From Actinomycetes bacterium (GTDB taxonomy: Bacteria; Actinomycetota; Acidimicrobiia; Acidimicrobiales; Aldehydirespiratoraceae), in NCBI GenBank assembly GCA_024276495.1, contig JAJRXC010000005.1, positions 64,191-128,190 of the forward strand: a stretch of 64,000 bases of DNA, in the 5' to 3' direction. This document shows positions 17,090 through 26,543 of the stretch, in pieces. The first letter of the stretch is position 1, and every line of letters starts with the position of its first letter. A program made the translations under genes and the position numbers. The notes under the pieces are model-generated. The model did no database searches, had not been told where the DNA came from, and saw nothing but the letters and a program-made list of their open reading frames with translations.

Positions 17090-19831
17090 GTGGCCCATGC
17101 TCTCGTCATCGTCGAGTCGCCCAAGAAGGCGACCACCATCGCCGGTTACCTCGGTGATGGCTTCGTCGTGGAGTCGTCGGTCGGTCACATCCGTGACCTT
17201 CCGAAGAACGCGGCGGAGGTCCCCAAGGCGTACAAGGGCGAGAAGTGGGCGCGGACCGGCATCGATGTCGACAACGGCTTCAAGCCGCTCTATGTCGAGA
17301 ACTCCGACAAGAAGGACAAGATCCGCGAGTTGAAGGCGTTGTTGAAGGACGCCGACGAGCTCTATCTCGCCACCGATGAGGATCGGGAGGGAGAGGCGAT
17401 CGCCTGGCACCTGATCGAGGTGCTGAACCCGCAGGTGCCGGTCAAACGCATGGTCTTCCACGAGATCACCAAGGACGCGATCCAGGCCGCGATCGATTCG
17501 CCCCGCGAGCTCGACCGCAGGATGGTCGATGCCCAGGAGGCCCGCCGCATCCTCGACCGATTGTTCGGCTACGAGGTCTCGCCGGTGTTGTGGAAGAAGG
17601 TCATGCCGGCGCTGTCGGCGGGCCGGGTGCAAAGTGTCGCGACCCGGATGGTCGTCGAACGGGAACGGGAACGGATGGCGTTCGTCGCCGCGAGCTATTG
17701 GGACGTGAAGGGCGAGTTCGCCGCGGTCGAGGGCGACACACGGGGATTCGCGGCGTCTCTGTCCCGAATCGGTGGAGTCCGGCTCGCCGGCGGCCGTGAC
17801 TTCGGCGACGACGGCACGCTCACCCGCGATGACGTGGTGGTGCTCGATCAGGCCTCGGCCGGCGCGCTCGTGGCCGACCTCGAGGGTGTGCCCTACGAGG
17901 TGCGGTCCCGCGAGTCGAAGCCGTACCGGCGCCGTCCCGCCGCCCCGTTCATCACATCGACGTTCCAACAGGAGGCGGGTCGAAAGCTCGGGCTCTCCTC
18001 GGCGATGGCGATGCGGGCCGCCCAGGGCCTCTACGAGAAGGGCTACATCACCTACATGCGAACCGACAGCACGACGCTGTCGGGCACCGCGTTGCAGGCC
18101 GCCCGCACGATGATCGCCGAGCGCTACGGCCGGGAGTACCTCCCGGACTCGCCCCGTCTCTACACGAAGAAGTCGAAGAACGCCCAGGAGGCCCACGAGG
18201 CGATCCGGCCGGCCGGCGAGACCTTCAAGTTGCCCGAGACCGTCGCCGGCGAGGTGCCGAGCTCAGAAGCGCGGGTCTACGAGCTGATCTGGAAACGAAC
18301 GGTCGCCTCGCAGATGACCGATTGCACCGGCGAGACGGTGCAGCTCCGCCTCGGCGCCACCAGCGCGTCGGGCGAGGACGTCGAGTTCAACGCCACCGGC
18401 ACCGTGATCCAGCACCGTGGCTTTCGCCAAGTCTACGAGGAGACCCGCGACGTGGGCCGGTCCGGCGACGACGCCGAGGAGAACGAGCGCCGCCTTCCGC
18501 CGCTCGCCGAGGGTGACGCGGCACGGGCCACGGGTCCGTTGGAGTTCGAAGGGCACGAGACCCAGCCACCCTCACGTTTCACCGAGGCGTCGCTCGTGAA
18601 ACGGCTCGAGGAGCTCGGGGTGGGGCGGCCGTCGACCTACGCGTCGATCATCGGCACGATCCAGGACCGCGGCTACGTCTGGAAGAAGGGGTCGGCCCTG
18701 GTCCCGTCGTTCACCGCGTTCTCGGTGGTCAACGTGATGGAAGGTCACTTCCCGAACCTCGTCGACTACGCGTTCACCGCGAAGATGGAAGACGACCTCG
18801 ACCGGATCGCGAGTGGGGCCGAGGAGACCGAGCCGTGGCTGACCCGGTTCTACTTCGGTGAGGGCGGCGAGAACGGCGAACCGGGGTTGAAGGAGAAGGT
18901 CTCGACCCGGCTCCCCGACATCGACGCCCGCCAGGTCAACACCATCCCGCTCGGCATGACCGACGACGGTGAGCCGGTCGTGGTGCGGGTCGGCAAGTTC
19001 GGCCCGTACGTGCAAAAGGGCGACAGCGAGAACAAGGACGACAACGAGACGGCGTCGATCCCCGACGACATCCCGCCCGACGAACTGACCCTCGACAAGG
19101 CGATGGAATACCTGTCGATGCCGAAGGAGGGCCGAATCCTCGGACAGGACCCCGAGACCGGCCTCGACATCTACGCGAAGGCCGGCCGGTTCGGGCCCTA
19201 TGTGCAGCTCGGCACCTTCGACGACACCGACGACAAACCCAAGACGGCCTCATTGTTCAAGACGATGACCCTGGAGCGGGTCACCCTCGACGACGCGCGG
19301 CAGCTCCTCTCCTTGCCCCGCACCGTCGGTGCCGACCCGACCGACGGTGCGGTGATCACCGTGCAGAACGGCCGCTACGGGCCCTATCTCAAGAAGGGGA
19401 AGGACAGCCGCAGTCTCGAAACCGAAGAACAGATGTTCACCATCACCCTCGAGGAATGCCTCGCGATCCTCGCCCAACCGAAACGGGGCCGGGGCCAGAC
19501 CGCGAAGCCGCCGCTGCGGGAGATGGGTGTGGATCCCGAGTCGGGCCAGAAGATGATCGTCAAGGACGGGCGCTTCGGGCCCTACGTCACCGATGGCGAG
19601 TACAACGCGTCGCTGCGCAAGGGTGACACCGTCGAGGAGCTGACCGACGAGCGGGCGGCCGAGTTGCTCGCCGACCGGCGGGCCAAGGGCCCGGCGAAGA
19701 AGGCCAAGAAGAAGGCCAAGAAGAAGGCCGCCAAGAAGAGGGCCACGAAGAAGAGGGCCACGAAGAAGAGGGCCACGAAGAAGAAGGCGACCGGGAACGC
19801 GACCGCCGAGAAGGCTGCCGACGCTGACTGA
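17090..19831 (+). CDS. topA: DNA topoisomerase I with a Lys-rich repetitive C-terminal tail
   Basis: Toprim LVIVESPKKATTI...ATDEDREGEAIAWH and the active-site region ITYMRTDS. The C-terminal domains are actinobacterial-type, without Zn ribbons. The tail reads KKAKKKAKKKAAKKRATKKRATKKRATKKK. Confidence 0.95.
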   Translation: MAHALVIVESPKKATTIAGYLGDGFVVESSVGHIRDLPKNAAEVPKAYKGEKWARTGIDVDNGFKPLYVENSDKKDKIRELKALLKDADELYLATDEDREGEAIAWHLIEVLNPQVPVKRMVFHEITKDAIQAAIDSPRELDRRMVDAQEARRILDRLFGYEVSPVLWKKVMPALSAGRVQSVATRMVVERERERMAFVAASYWDVKGEFAAVEGDTRGFAASLSRIGGVRLAGGRDFGDDGTLTRDDVVVLDQASAGALVADLEGVPYEVRSRESKPYRRRPAAPFITSTFQQEAGRKLGLSSAMAMRAAQGLYEKGYITYMRTDSTTLSGTALQAARTMIAERYGREYLPDSPRLYTKKSKNAQEAHEAIRPAGETFKLPETVAGEVPSSEARVYELIWKRTVASQMTDCTGETVQLRLGATSASGEDVEFNATGTVIQHRGFRQVYEETRDVGRSGDDAEENERRLPPLAEGDAARATGPLEFEGHETQPPSRFTEASLVKRLEELGVGRPSTYASIIGTIQDRGYVWKKGSALVPSFTAFSVVNVMEGHFPNLVDYAFTAKMEDDLDRIASGAEETEPWLTRFYFGEGGENGEPGLKEKVSTRLPDIDARQVNTIPLGMTDDGEPVVVRVGKFGPYVQKGDSENKDDNETASIPDDIPPDELTLDKAMEYLSMPKEGRILGQDPETGLDIYAKAGRFGPYVQLGTFDDTDDKPKTASLFKTMTLERVTLDDARQLLSLPRTVGADPTDGAVITVQNGRYGPYLKKGKDSRSLETEEQMFTITLEECLAILAQPKRGRGQTAKPPLREMGVDPESGQKMIVKDGRFGPYVTDGEYNASLRKGDTVEELTDERAAELLADRRAKGPAKKAKKKAKKKAAKKRATKKRATKKRATKKKATGNATAEKAADAD
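19736..19780 (+). repeat. Perfect 3 x 15-bp tandem repeat (aagagggccacgaag) inside the topA tail
   Basis: Read directly: aagagggccacgaag occurs three times back to back, encoding (KRATK)x3. It is preceded by imperfect aagaaggccaag repeats. Confidence 0.9.
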
Positions 19832-19866
19832 CTCACGCGCAGTGACGGTCGGGCGCGCCGCCTAGG

Positions 19867-21321
19867 GTGGCCCCGGTGGGAGACATGCCTTCGAGCAGCG
19901 CGTCCCGGATGGGCGAAGCGATGTCGCTGACCCGTCCCGCGGGCCGCATCGAGTCGTGGTTCGGCTCGAGGGAGTTCTTCCGGCTCTGGATCGCCCAGGT
20001 CTTCTCGGCGACCGGGGACTGGCTCGGTCTCATCGCCACGATCTCGTTGGCCGCCCGTTTGAGCAAGGGCACCGAGGGCACCGCCATCGCGCTGGTCCTC
20101 GCGACCCGGATCGCCCCCGGCTTCTTCCTGGCCACCGCGGCGGGTGTGATCGTCGATCGTTTCAACCGGAAACGACTGTTGATGGCGTGCGACGTCGGCC
20201 GGTCGGTGGTGCTGTTCAGCCTGCCGTTCGTCGACAGCCTTCTCGGACTCGTGATCGCGTCGTTCCTGCTCGAGATCTTCACGATGCTGTGGTCGCCGGC
20301 CAAGGAGGCGATCGTCCCCAACATCGTGCCGAAGGAGAAGCTGACCACCGCGAACTCGCTCAACGTCGCGGCGGCCTACGGCACGTTCCCGGTGGCCGCC
20401 GGCATCGCCGCGTTGCTGGCGAAGATGGCCCAGTCGTTCGCCGACGAGGGATGGGTCGACACCTGGCGGCTCAACGAGGAGGGCTTGGCGTTCTACGTCG
20501 ACGGGGTGTCGTTCCTGTTGACCGCGCTCATCATCTGGACCATCTCGTTCCCCATTCGATCCCGCGACGAGCGCGGTCGGAGCGAGAGCGGGTGGGATCT
20601 CGGTGGCGCGTGGCGCGAACTGCGCGAGGGCTGGCGCTTCATCGCCGTCAACCCCATCGTCCGGTCGGTCAACATCGGTCTCGGTGTCGGCATCATCGGC
20701 GGCGGCATGCTGGTCCCCCTCGGGGCGTTGTACGTCGACGAGATGATCTCGGGCAACGACGCCGACTTCAAGCTCGTCCTCTTCGCCCTCGGCATCGGCA
20801 TGGCGATCGGTGTCGTGACCGCGTCGCTGCTCCAGAACAAGATCAACCGGGCCCGGGCCTTCCCGCTGGTCCTCGTCCTCGCCGGCGGGGCGCTGCTCGT
20901 CGTGTCGTCCTCACCGTTCCTCTCCGTGGTCGTGCCGATGATCGGGGTGGTCGGGTTCGCGGCAGGTCCGATCTACGTCCTCGGGTTCACCTTGTTGCAC
21001 GAGAACGTCGACGACGAGCTGCGGGGTCGCATCTTCTCCGCCCTGCTCGTGCTCGTGCGGTTCTGCATGCTGTTCGCGTTGGCGATCGCCCCGCTCGTGT
21101 CGGAGGGCCTCGACACCTTGTCGAATCGTTGGTGGGACGGCGACATCGAGGTGTTCGGGCTGTCGATCCTCGTGCCGGGCGTGCGGTTGACGCTGTGGTT
21201 GGCGTCGACCACGATCATGGGCGCCGGGGTGCTGGCCTCGTGGAGCCTTCGGGCCGGCACCGGCGCCTATCTCGCGGCGGAACCGGTTCCGAGCGCCGAA
21301 CTGGTCGAGGAGCTTCCGTGA
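19867..21321 (+). CDS. MFS transporter
   Basis: About 12 predicted hydrophobic helices. The conserved loop motif GVIVDRFNRKRLL (MFS motif A-like) is present. Several in-frame alternative starts exist. Confidence 0.8.
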   Translation: MAPVGDMPSSSASRMGEAMSLTRPAGRIESWFGSREFFRLWIAQVFSATGDWLGLIATISLAARLSKGTEGTAIALVLATRIAPGFFLATAAGVIVDRFNRKRLLMACDVGRSVVLFSLPFVDSLLGLVIASFLLEIFTMLWSPAKEAIVPNIVPKEKLTTANSLNVAAAYGTFPVAAGIAALLAKMAQSFADEGWVDTWRLNEEGLAFYVDGVSFLLTALIIWTISFPIRSRDERGRSESGWDLGGAWRELREGWRFIAVNPIVRSVNIGLGVGIIGGGMLVPLGALYVDEMISGNDADFKLVLFALGIGMAIGVVTASLLQNKINRARAFPLVLVLAGGALLVVSSSPFLSVVVPMIGVVGFAAGPIYVLGFTLLHENVDDELRGRIFSALLVLVRFCMLFALAIAPLVSEGLDTLSNRWWDGDIEVFGLSILVPGVRLTLWLASTTIMGAGVLASWSLRAGTGAYLAAEPVPSAELVEELP

Positions 21322-21926
21322 CCGGCTGCCTGATCGCGTTCGAAGGGGCCGACGCGTCGGGCAAGTCGACGCAGGCCCGGCGGCTCGGCCGACGCCTCGG
21401 TGTCGACGTCACGTTCCAACACGGCGCGACCGACGTCGGCGCCGCCATTCGCACCATCGTCCTCGATCCCACCAACCATGTGCTCGACGACCGGACCGAG
21501 GCGCTGCTGATCATCGCGGACAAGGCCCAACACGTCGCCGAGGTCGTCGCGCCGGCGCTGGAGGCCGGCCACACCATCATCTCGGATCGATTCACCGCGT
21601 CGACGCTCGCCTATCAGGGCTACGGTCGAGGTCTCGACCTCGATCTCCTCCGGGCGACGATGGACTTCGCGACCCGCGGCATCGAGCCGGACCTCACCGT
21701 CCTGCTCGATGTCGACCTCGCGGTCGCCCGGCGGCGGCTCGGCGACCAGATCGACCGGATCGAAGGCGCCGGCGACGCCTTCCACGAGCGGGTTCGCCAG
21801 GGTTATCTCGAGCTGGCGGCGGCCGATCCGAGTCGCTGGCTGGTGGTCGACGCGGGCGGCACCGTCGACGAGGTCGCGACGTGGATCGACGAGGCGGTCG
21901 ACGAGTGGTTCGGCGGGGCGCGATGA
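21318..21926 (+). CDS. tmk: Thymidylate kinase
   Basis: P-loop FEGADASGKSTQ, DRF motif (ISDRFTASTLAYQG) and lid region. The GTG start overlaps the MFS gene stop. Confidence 0.9.
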   Translation: MTGCLIAFEGADASGKSTQARRLGRRLGVDVTFQHGATDVGAAIRTIVLDPTNHVLDDRTEALLIIADKAQHVAEVVAPALEAGHTIISDRFTASTLAYQGYGRGLDLDLLRATMDFATRGIEPDLTVLLDVDLAVARRRLGDQIDRIEGAGDAFHERVRQGYLELAAADPSRWLVVDAGGTVDEVATWIDEAVDEWFGGAR

Positions 21927-23020
21927 CGTCGGACGATCCGCGAGTCGAGAGTCCGTGGGGCGCGGTGGTCGGCCAGCCCGACGCGGTGCGCCGCTTGGCG
22001 CTCGCCGTGGCCTCCCCGGTCCACGCCTATCTCTTCGTCGGACCGACCGGGGCGGGGAAACGGCAGGCGGCCGGAGTGTTCGGCGGAGAGATCCTCGCGG
22101 CCGCGGATCCGGGCGGGGCCGAGCGTCATCGCCGGCTCGCGGCGGCGCTGCTCCATCCCGACATCGTGGTGTTCGAGCCGAGCGGCAACAGCTTGCGGGT
22201 CGGTCGTTCCGACGATCCCGGCGAGATCCCCGCGATCATCAAGGAAGCCACCCGCTCGCCGACGGAGGGCACCCGAAAGATCGTGGTGGTCGACCAGTTC
22301 CACACGGCCGAGGCGGTCGCAGCATCGGCCCTGTTGAAGCTCGTCGAGGAGCCGCCGGCGAGCACGATCTTCGTGCTGCTCGCCACCGACGTCCCGGCGC
22401 ATCAGGTGACGATCGAATCGCGTTGCACCCGGGTCGATTTCTCCGCCTTGTCGCCCGACGTCATCGCCTCGGTCCTCGTGGCCGAGGATCTGGCCGACCC
22501 GGAGCAGGCCGCGGTCGTCGCCTCCGCGGCCAACGGCGACCTCGGGCGGGCCCGGGTTCTGGTGCTCGACGAACGGCTCGCGGCGCGGCGCGACGCCTGG
22601 TGGTCGGTGCCCGACCGTCTCGATGGCACCGGGGCGGCGGTCGGAGCCCTCGTCGACGAACTCCGCGCCATGATCGACGACGCGTCGGCGGCCCGCGTTC
22701 AACGCCACGGTGAGGAGTTGGCGGCGCTGGAGGAACGCGAGGAACGCCTCGGCACGCGAGGCTCGGGCCGGCGTGAGATGGAGACCCGGCACCGACGTGA
22801 GCTGCGCCAGTACCGCACCGCGGAGCTCCGGTTCGGGCTCGCGACCCTCGCCCGGCGGTATCGCGAGGCGATCGTCTCGGGCGATGCTCGCCGCGGCCCG
22901 CTCGACGCGGTCGACGCGATCCGTGCGTCGGCCGAGGCGTTGGTGCGAAACCCCAACGAGGCCCTCCTGCTGCACGCGCTGTTCGTGCGTCTCCCTCCCC
23001 TCACCGTCGCGGTTTCGTGA
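21923..23020 (+). CDS. holB: DNA polymerase III subunit delta'
   Basis: VVGQPDAVRRLALAV...HAYLFVGPTGAGKRQAA and the sensor region KIVVVDQFHTAEAVAASALLKLVEEPP. ATGA overlap with tmk. Confidence 0.85.
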   Translation: MTSDDPRVESPWGAVVGQPDAVRRLALAVASPVHAYLFVGPTGAGKRQAAGVFGGEILAAADPGGAERHRRLAAALLHPDIVVFEPSGNSLRVGRSDDPGEIPAIIKEATRSPTEGTRKIVVVDQFHTAEAVAASALLKLVEEPPASTIFVLLATDVPAHQVTIESRCTRVDFSALSPDVIASVLVAEDLADPEQAAVVASAANGDLGRARVLVLDERLAARRDAWWSVPDRLDGTGAAVGALVDELRAMIDDASAARVQRHGEELAALEEREERLGTRGSGRREMETRHRRELRQYRTAELRFGLATLARRYREAIVSGDARRGPLDAVDAIRASAEALVRNPNEALLLHALFVRLPPLTVAVS

Positions 23021-23070
23021 ACCTCCGGCCGGGAGGATCGCGAGGGAGGGTTTGGTACCTTCTGAGTCCG

Positions 23071-23146
23071 GCCCGAGTAGCTCAGTTGGTAGAGCGACGC
23101 TCTCGTAAAGCGTAGGTCAGGAGTTCAATTCTCCTCTCGGGCTCCA
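23071..23146 (+). tRNA. tRNA-Thr (anticodon CGU), 76 nt with encoded CCA
   Basis: GCCCGAGTAGCTCAGTTGGTAGAGCGACGCTCTCGTAAAGCGTAGGTCAGGAGTTCAATTCTCCTCTCGGGCTCCA. Canonical cloverleaf with anticodon loop CTCGTAA. Confidence 0.95.
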
Positions 23147-23166
23147 CCGACTCCCATGGAGGCAAC

Positions 23167-23775
23167 GTGGCGGACCCGGCCACATTCGCAGACGACGCGA
23201 TGCCGTTGATGTCCTCGCTGTACAGCGCGGCCCTGCGCATGACCCGCAAGCCCGCCGACGCAGAGGATCTCGTCCAGGAGACGTACCTCAAGGCCTATCG
23301 CGCCTACGAGCGGTTCGAAGCCGGAACCAACCTGAAGGCGTGGATGTACCGCATCCTCACCAACACCTACATCAACGCGTACCGGAAGAAGCAACGACGC
23401 CCCGACGAGCAGGACCTCGACGACGTCGAAGACCTCTACCTCTACCACCGCATCGGTGGGCTCGAAGGGTCGACGCTCGGCCGGAGCGCCGAGGACGAGC
23501 TGATGGACCTGTTCGGAGAGGACGAGGTCAAGGCGGCCGTCGAAGATCTTCCCGAGCACTACCGCCTCCCGATCCTCCTCGCCGACGTGGAGGGTTTCGC
23601 GTACAAGGAGATCGCCGAGATCCTCGATGTTCCCATCGGCACCGTCATGAGCCGCCTGCATCGTGGAAGAAAGCAGCTGCAGAAGCGGTTGTACGATTTT
23701 GCCGAACGCCGACGGCTCCTTCCGGACGATCCGGAACCCGCCGGCGTCGGTGCCGACGCGAGTGACGAGTCCTGA
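23167..23775 (+). CDS. sigH: ECF sigma factor, SigH/SigR-like
   Basis: Region 2 [44 protein letters not shown] and region 4 [44 protein letters not shown]. It is followed by a ZAS anti-sigma gene. Confidence 0.85.
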   Translation: MADPATFADDAMPLMSSLYSAALRMTRKPADAEDLVQETYLKAYRAYERFEAGTNLKAWMYRILTNTYINAYRKKQRRPDEQDLDDVEDLYLYHRIGGLEGSTLGRSAEDELMDLFGEDEVKAAVEDLPEHYRLPILLADVEGFAYKEIAEILDVPIGTVMSRLHRGRKQLQKRLYDFAERRRLLPDDPEPAGVGADASDES

Positions 23776-23776
23776 C

Positions 23777-24055
23777 ATGGCCGATTCCACAGCACCCGAT
23801 CCCTGTGCGGATTCCGGATCCGACGACTGTCGCCAGGCGTTGGCGGTGCTGTACTCGTATCTCGACGGCGAGCTCACGATCGAGCGGCGCACGGTCATCC
23901 GAACCCATCTCGACATGTGCTTGCCGTGCGGCCACCGCTACACCTTCGAGTCCGAGCTGCGTCAGGTCGTGTCGACGTGCTGTCAGGAGAAGGTTCCCGA
24001 CGAGCTGCGGGACCGGATCGCGTCAGCGTTGCGCCGAGAGCTCGAAGGTCGCTGA
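23777..24055 (+). CDS. rsrA: Zinc-binding anti-sigma factor (ZAS; RsrA/RshA-like)
   Basis: 92 aa with C...H-x3-C-x2-C (HLDMCLPC) plus extra redox Cys residues (DPCADSGSDDC, STCC). It starts 2 nt after the sigH stop. Confidence 0.85.
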   Translation: MADSTAPDPCADSGSDDCRQALAVLYSYLDGELTIERRTVIRTHLDMCLPCGHRYTFESELRQVVSTCCQEKVPDELRDRIASALRRELEGR

Positions 24056-24077
24056 GCGAACTTTTGGCCCGGTTTTC

Positions 24078-24104
24078 GGGAACGTTTCGGTCCGATGTGT
24101 CGTT
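24078..24104 (+). promoter_or_regulatory. Candidate SigR/SigH-type promoter GGGAAC-N18-GTT
   Basis: gGGAAC (24079-24083), then exactly 18 nt, then GTT (24102-24104). The GTT is 9 nt upstream of the ATG at 24114, implying a very short or absent leader. Confidence 0.4.
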
Positions 24105-24113
24105 CTTCTTGGC

Positions 24114-24296
24114 ATGCGGGTCCAAGGTGAGCGGTTCACGAGCATCGAGCGCAACCTCCCCCGTTCCGCCGACGGCCGGGTCTGCGGCGAACCGGGGTGC
24201 ACGACTCGCCTGAGCGTCTACAACGAGCAGGAGTTCTGCGCGCTCCACGCGCCGATGGTCGTCCCCCGGATGCGGGGCAAGGTCCTCGACGACTGA
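24114..24296 (+). CDS. Small Cys-containing hypothetical protein (60 aa, possible zinc-ribbon-like)
   Basis: MRVQGERFTSIERNLPRSADGRVCGEPGCTTRLSVYNEQEFCALHAPMVVPRMRGKVLDD, containing C-x4-C ... C-x2-H. GC3-rich frame. Confidence 0.45.
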   Translation: MRVQGERFTSIERNLPRSADGRVCGEPGCTTRLSVYNEQEFCALHAPMVVPRMRGKVLDD

Positions 24297-24348
24297 GGTT
24301 CCGGGGCCGGATGCGGACAGGGGCGTCGGGCGTTCTACACTCTCCGAC

Positions 24349-24477
24349 ATGACTCTTGCTGTCGTCTGGCACTTCTGGATCTCCGTCCCGCTGGCCGTTG
24401 GGGGCGTTTTGCTCACGATCGGCATGATCGCCGGCTATGTCGGCACGGTCAGCCGCGCCCGCTACCCGAGGGACTGA
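24349..24477 (+). CDS. Candidate small membrane protein (42 aa), below the ORF-track cutoff
   Basis: MTLAVVWHFWISVPLAVGGVLLTIGMIAGYVGTVSRARYPRD, with one or two hydrophobic helices. It ends 9 nt before the metalloprotease gene. Confidence 0.3.
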   Translation: MTLAVVWHFWISVPLAVGGVLLTIGMIAGYVGTVSRARYPRD

Positions 24478-24486
24478 GGCGGACCC

Positions 24487-25560
24487 TTGGCGGCGGACCC
24501 CGTCGACTGGGAGGTCGCCCGCAAGGTCGCGCAACGAGTCGCGGGCAGAGAACCGTTCACGGCAGCCCGGTTCCGCGACGGCCTCGAGGACGACTTCGAT
24601 CGTTACACCGCGCAGGCCGAGGATCTCGTGGCCGAGTGCACCGGGCTTCGCTCGCTGAGCGGCAACGCCCGGGGTCGGGTGACCGACCGCAACGGCTGGA
24701 TCGATGCGAACCTCGCGTCGTTTCGGCGGCTGCTGTCGCCGATCACCACGAAGATCGGCGAGAAGATGGACGACGGAGCCGGCCCGAACCTCGGTGGCAA
24801 GATCGCAGGTGCGGAGCTCGGCATGATGCTCGGCTGGATGTCGACCCGGGTGCTCGGGCAGTACGACCTGCTCGTCATCGAGGACGAGAACCCCGACGAG
24901 CAGGACATCGTCTACTACGTCGCGCCCAACGTGTTGGCGCTGGAGCGACGCTACGCGTTTCCGAAGCAGGAGTTCCGCTTGTGGCTCGCCTTGCACGAGG
25001 TGACCCACCGGGCCCAGTTCACCGGGGTGCCGTGGATGCGTGAGCACTTCCTCGGCCTGGTCAACTCGACGATGGAATCGGTCGATCCCGACCCGAAGCG
25101 GTTCTTCGCGGCGCTCCAGCGGATGATCGAGGCCCGCAAGCGGGGCGAGGACCCGATGGCGCAGGGTGGGATGATGGCGCTCTTCGCGTCGGAGGAACAG
25201 CTCTCGGTCATCAACGAGGTCGCCGGGCTGATGAGCCTGCTCGAAGGCCATGGCGACGTCACGATGGACCGGGCCGGCCGGGGCCTGGTTCCCTCGGCGG
25301 AGCGGTTCTCCCGGGTCCTGCGCCGGCGCCGCCAGAACTCGAGCGGGTTCACCAAGGTGTTCCAACGCCTTGCGGGGCTCGAAGCGAAGATCAAGCAGTA
25401 CGCCGAGGGTGAGAACTTCATCTCGGTCGTCGAAGACCGAGGCGGCGCGGCCCTGCTCGACCGGGCCTGGGCCGAGCCGGCCAACGTGCCGTCGATCGCG
25501 GAGATCCGCGAGCCGGAGCTCTGGATCGCCCGCGTCGGTGCCGACATCACGGCTGCCTGA
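24487..25560 (+). CDS. Zinc-dependent metalloprotease (DUF2342 family)
   Basis: HEVTH zinc motif (LALHEVTHRAQF) in a conserved actinobacterial protein that precedes tilS-hpt. Confidence 0.8.
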   Translation: MAADPVDWEVARKVAQRVAGREPFTAARFRDGLEDDFDRYTAQAEDLVAECTGLRSLSGNARGRVTDRNGWIDANLASFRRLLSPITTKIGEKMDDGAGPNLGGKIAGAELGMMLGWMSTRVLGQYDLLVIEDENPDEQDIVYYVAPNVLALERRYAFPKQEFRLWLALHEVTHRAQFTGVPWMREHFLGLVNSTMESVDPDPKRFFAALQRMIEARKRGEDPMAQGGMMALFASEEQLSVINEVAGLMSLLEGHGDVTMDRAGRGLVPSAERFSRVLRRRRQNSSGFTKVFQRLAGLEAKIKQYAEGENFISVVEDRGGAALLDRAWAEPANVPSIAEIREPELWIARVGADITAA

Positions 25561-25562
25561 AC

Positions 25563-26459
25563 GTGACCGCGATCGACGGCCCGGTCGACGAGGTCGTGGC
25601 CGCGGTGCTCGACCGTTGCGACTTCCCGGCGTCGACGGGGCCGGTCGCGCTCGGTGTCAGCGGTGGACCCGACAGTGTCGCCATGGCGTTGCTCGCCCGG
25701 GCGCTCGGTCGCGAGATGGTCATCTGGCACGTGCATCACGGGCTCCGGCCCGAGGCCGACGACGACGCCGACCTCGTCGGCGCGTTCGCCGCCGAACTGG
25801 GCGTGCCCTTCGAGTTGCGAAGGGTCGCACCGGCGCCGGGCGCCGATCTCGAGGCCCGGGCGCGAGCGGCGCGCTACGACGCCCTCCCCGACGACGTCTG
25901 TGTCGGTCACACCGCGGACGATCGGGCCGAGACCGTGCTGCTCAACTTGTTCCGGGGGGCGGGGATGGCCGGCGTGGCTGCCCGGATGGACCGGGTCAAC
26001 CGGCCGATCCTGCGTCTCCGCCGGGCCGAGACGGCGCGAATCTGCGCCTCGGCGGGTGTGCGGGTCGTCGACGACGCGATGAACCACGATTCGTCCTTCA
26101 CCCGGGTGGGCGTGCGCGGCCGGGTCCTTCCCGCCCTCGCCGAGGTCTTCGACCGTGATCCGGTGCCGTTGCTCAACCGGCACGCCGACCATGTCGCCGA
26201 TGCCCTCGAGGTGGTGCGGGCCGAGGCCGCCGCGTTGGACCCGACCGACACCGCCGCGCTTCGGTCGGCGCCGCGTGCGGTCGCCACCGAGGCGCTGCGG
26301 GCGTGGATCGCGACTCGGCTCGGGTCGCCGCTCGCGGTCGACCTCGCGTCGATCGATCGGGTGATGGCGGTGGTCGACGGCCGTTGTGTCGCGACCGAGA
26401 TCGTCGGAGGTCACCGGGTCACCCGAACCGGTGGCGTGCTGCGTCTCGTCCCCCGCTGA
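25563..26459 (+). CDS. tilS: tRNA(Ile)-lysidine synthetase
   Basis: PP-loop ALGVSGGPDSVAMA and the conserved HTADDRAETVLLNLFRGAG. Confidence 0.9.
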   Translation: MTAIDGPVDEVVAAVLDRCDFPASTGPVALGVSGGPDSVAMALLARALGREMVIWHVHHGLRPEADDDADLVGAFAAELGVPFELRRVAPAPGADLEARARAARYDALPDDVCVGHTADDRAETVLLNLFRGAGMAGVAARMDRVNRPILRLRRAETARICASAGVRVVDDAMNHDSSFTRVGVRGRVLPALAEVFDRDPVPLLNRHADHVADALEVVRAEAAALDPTDTAALRSAPRAVATEALRAWIATRLGSPLAVDLASIDRVMAVVDGRCVATEIVGGHRVTRTGGVLRLVPR

Positions 26460-26543
26460 CGCCCCGTTCCCCGTTTCGGTGGTATCGGGGGTGGAGCCGG
26501 GCGGCGACGGGCGGGGGTAGGGTCCGGGCGTGGAGGGAGATCG

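Noticed and set aside
23021-23166. A search for a SigH/SigR autoregulatory promoter (GGAA[T/C]-N17-18-GTT) upstream of sigH.
   Set aside because: There is no match in the holB-tRNA-sigH interval. The tRNA-Thr ends 20 nt before the sigH GTG, so the promoter must lie elsewhere or sigH is read through from the tRNA.
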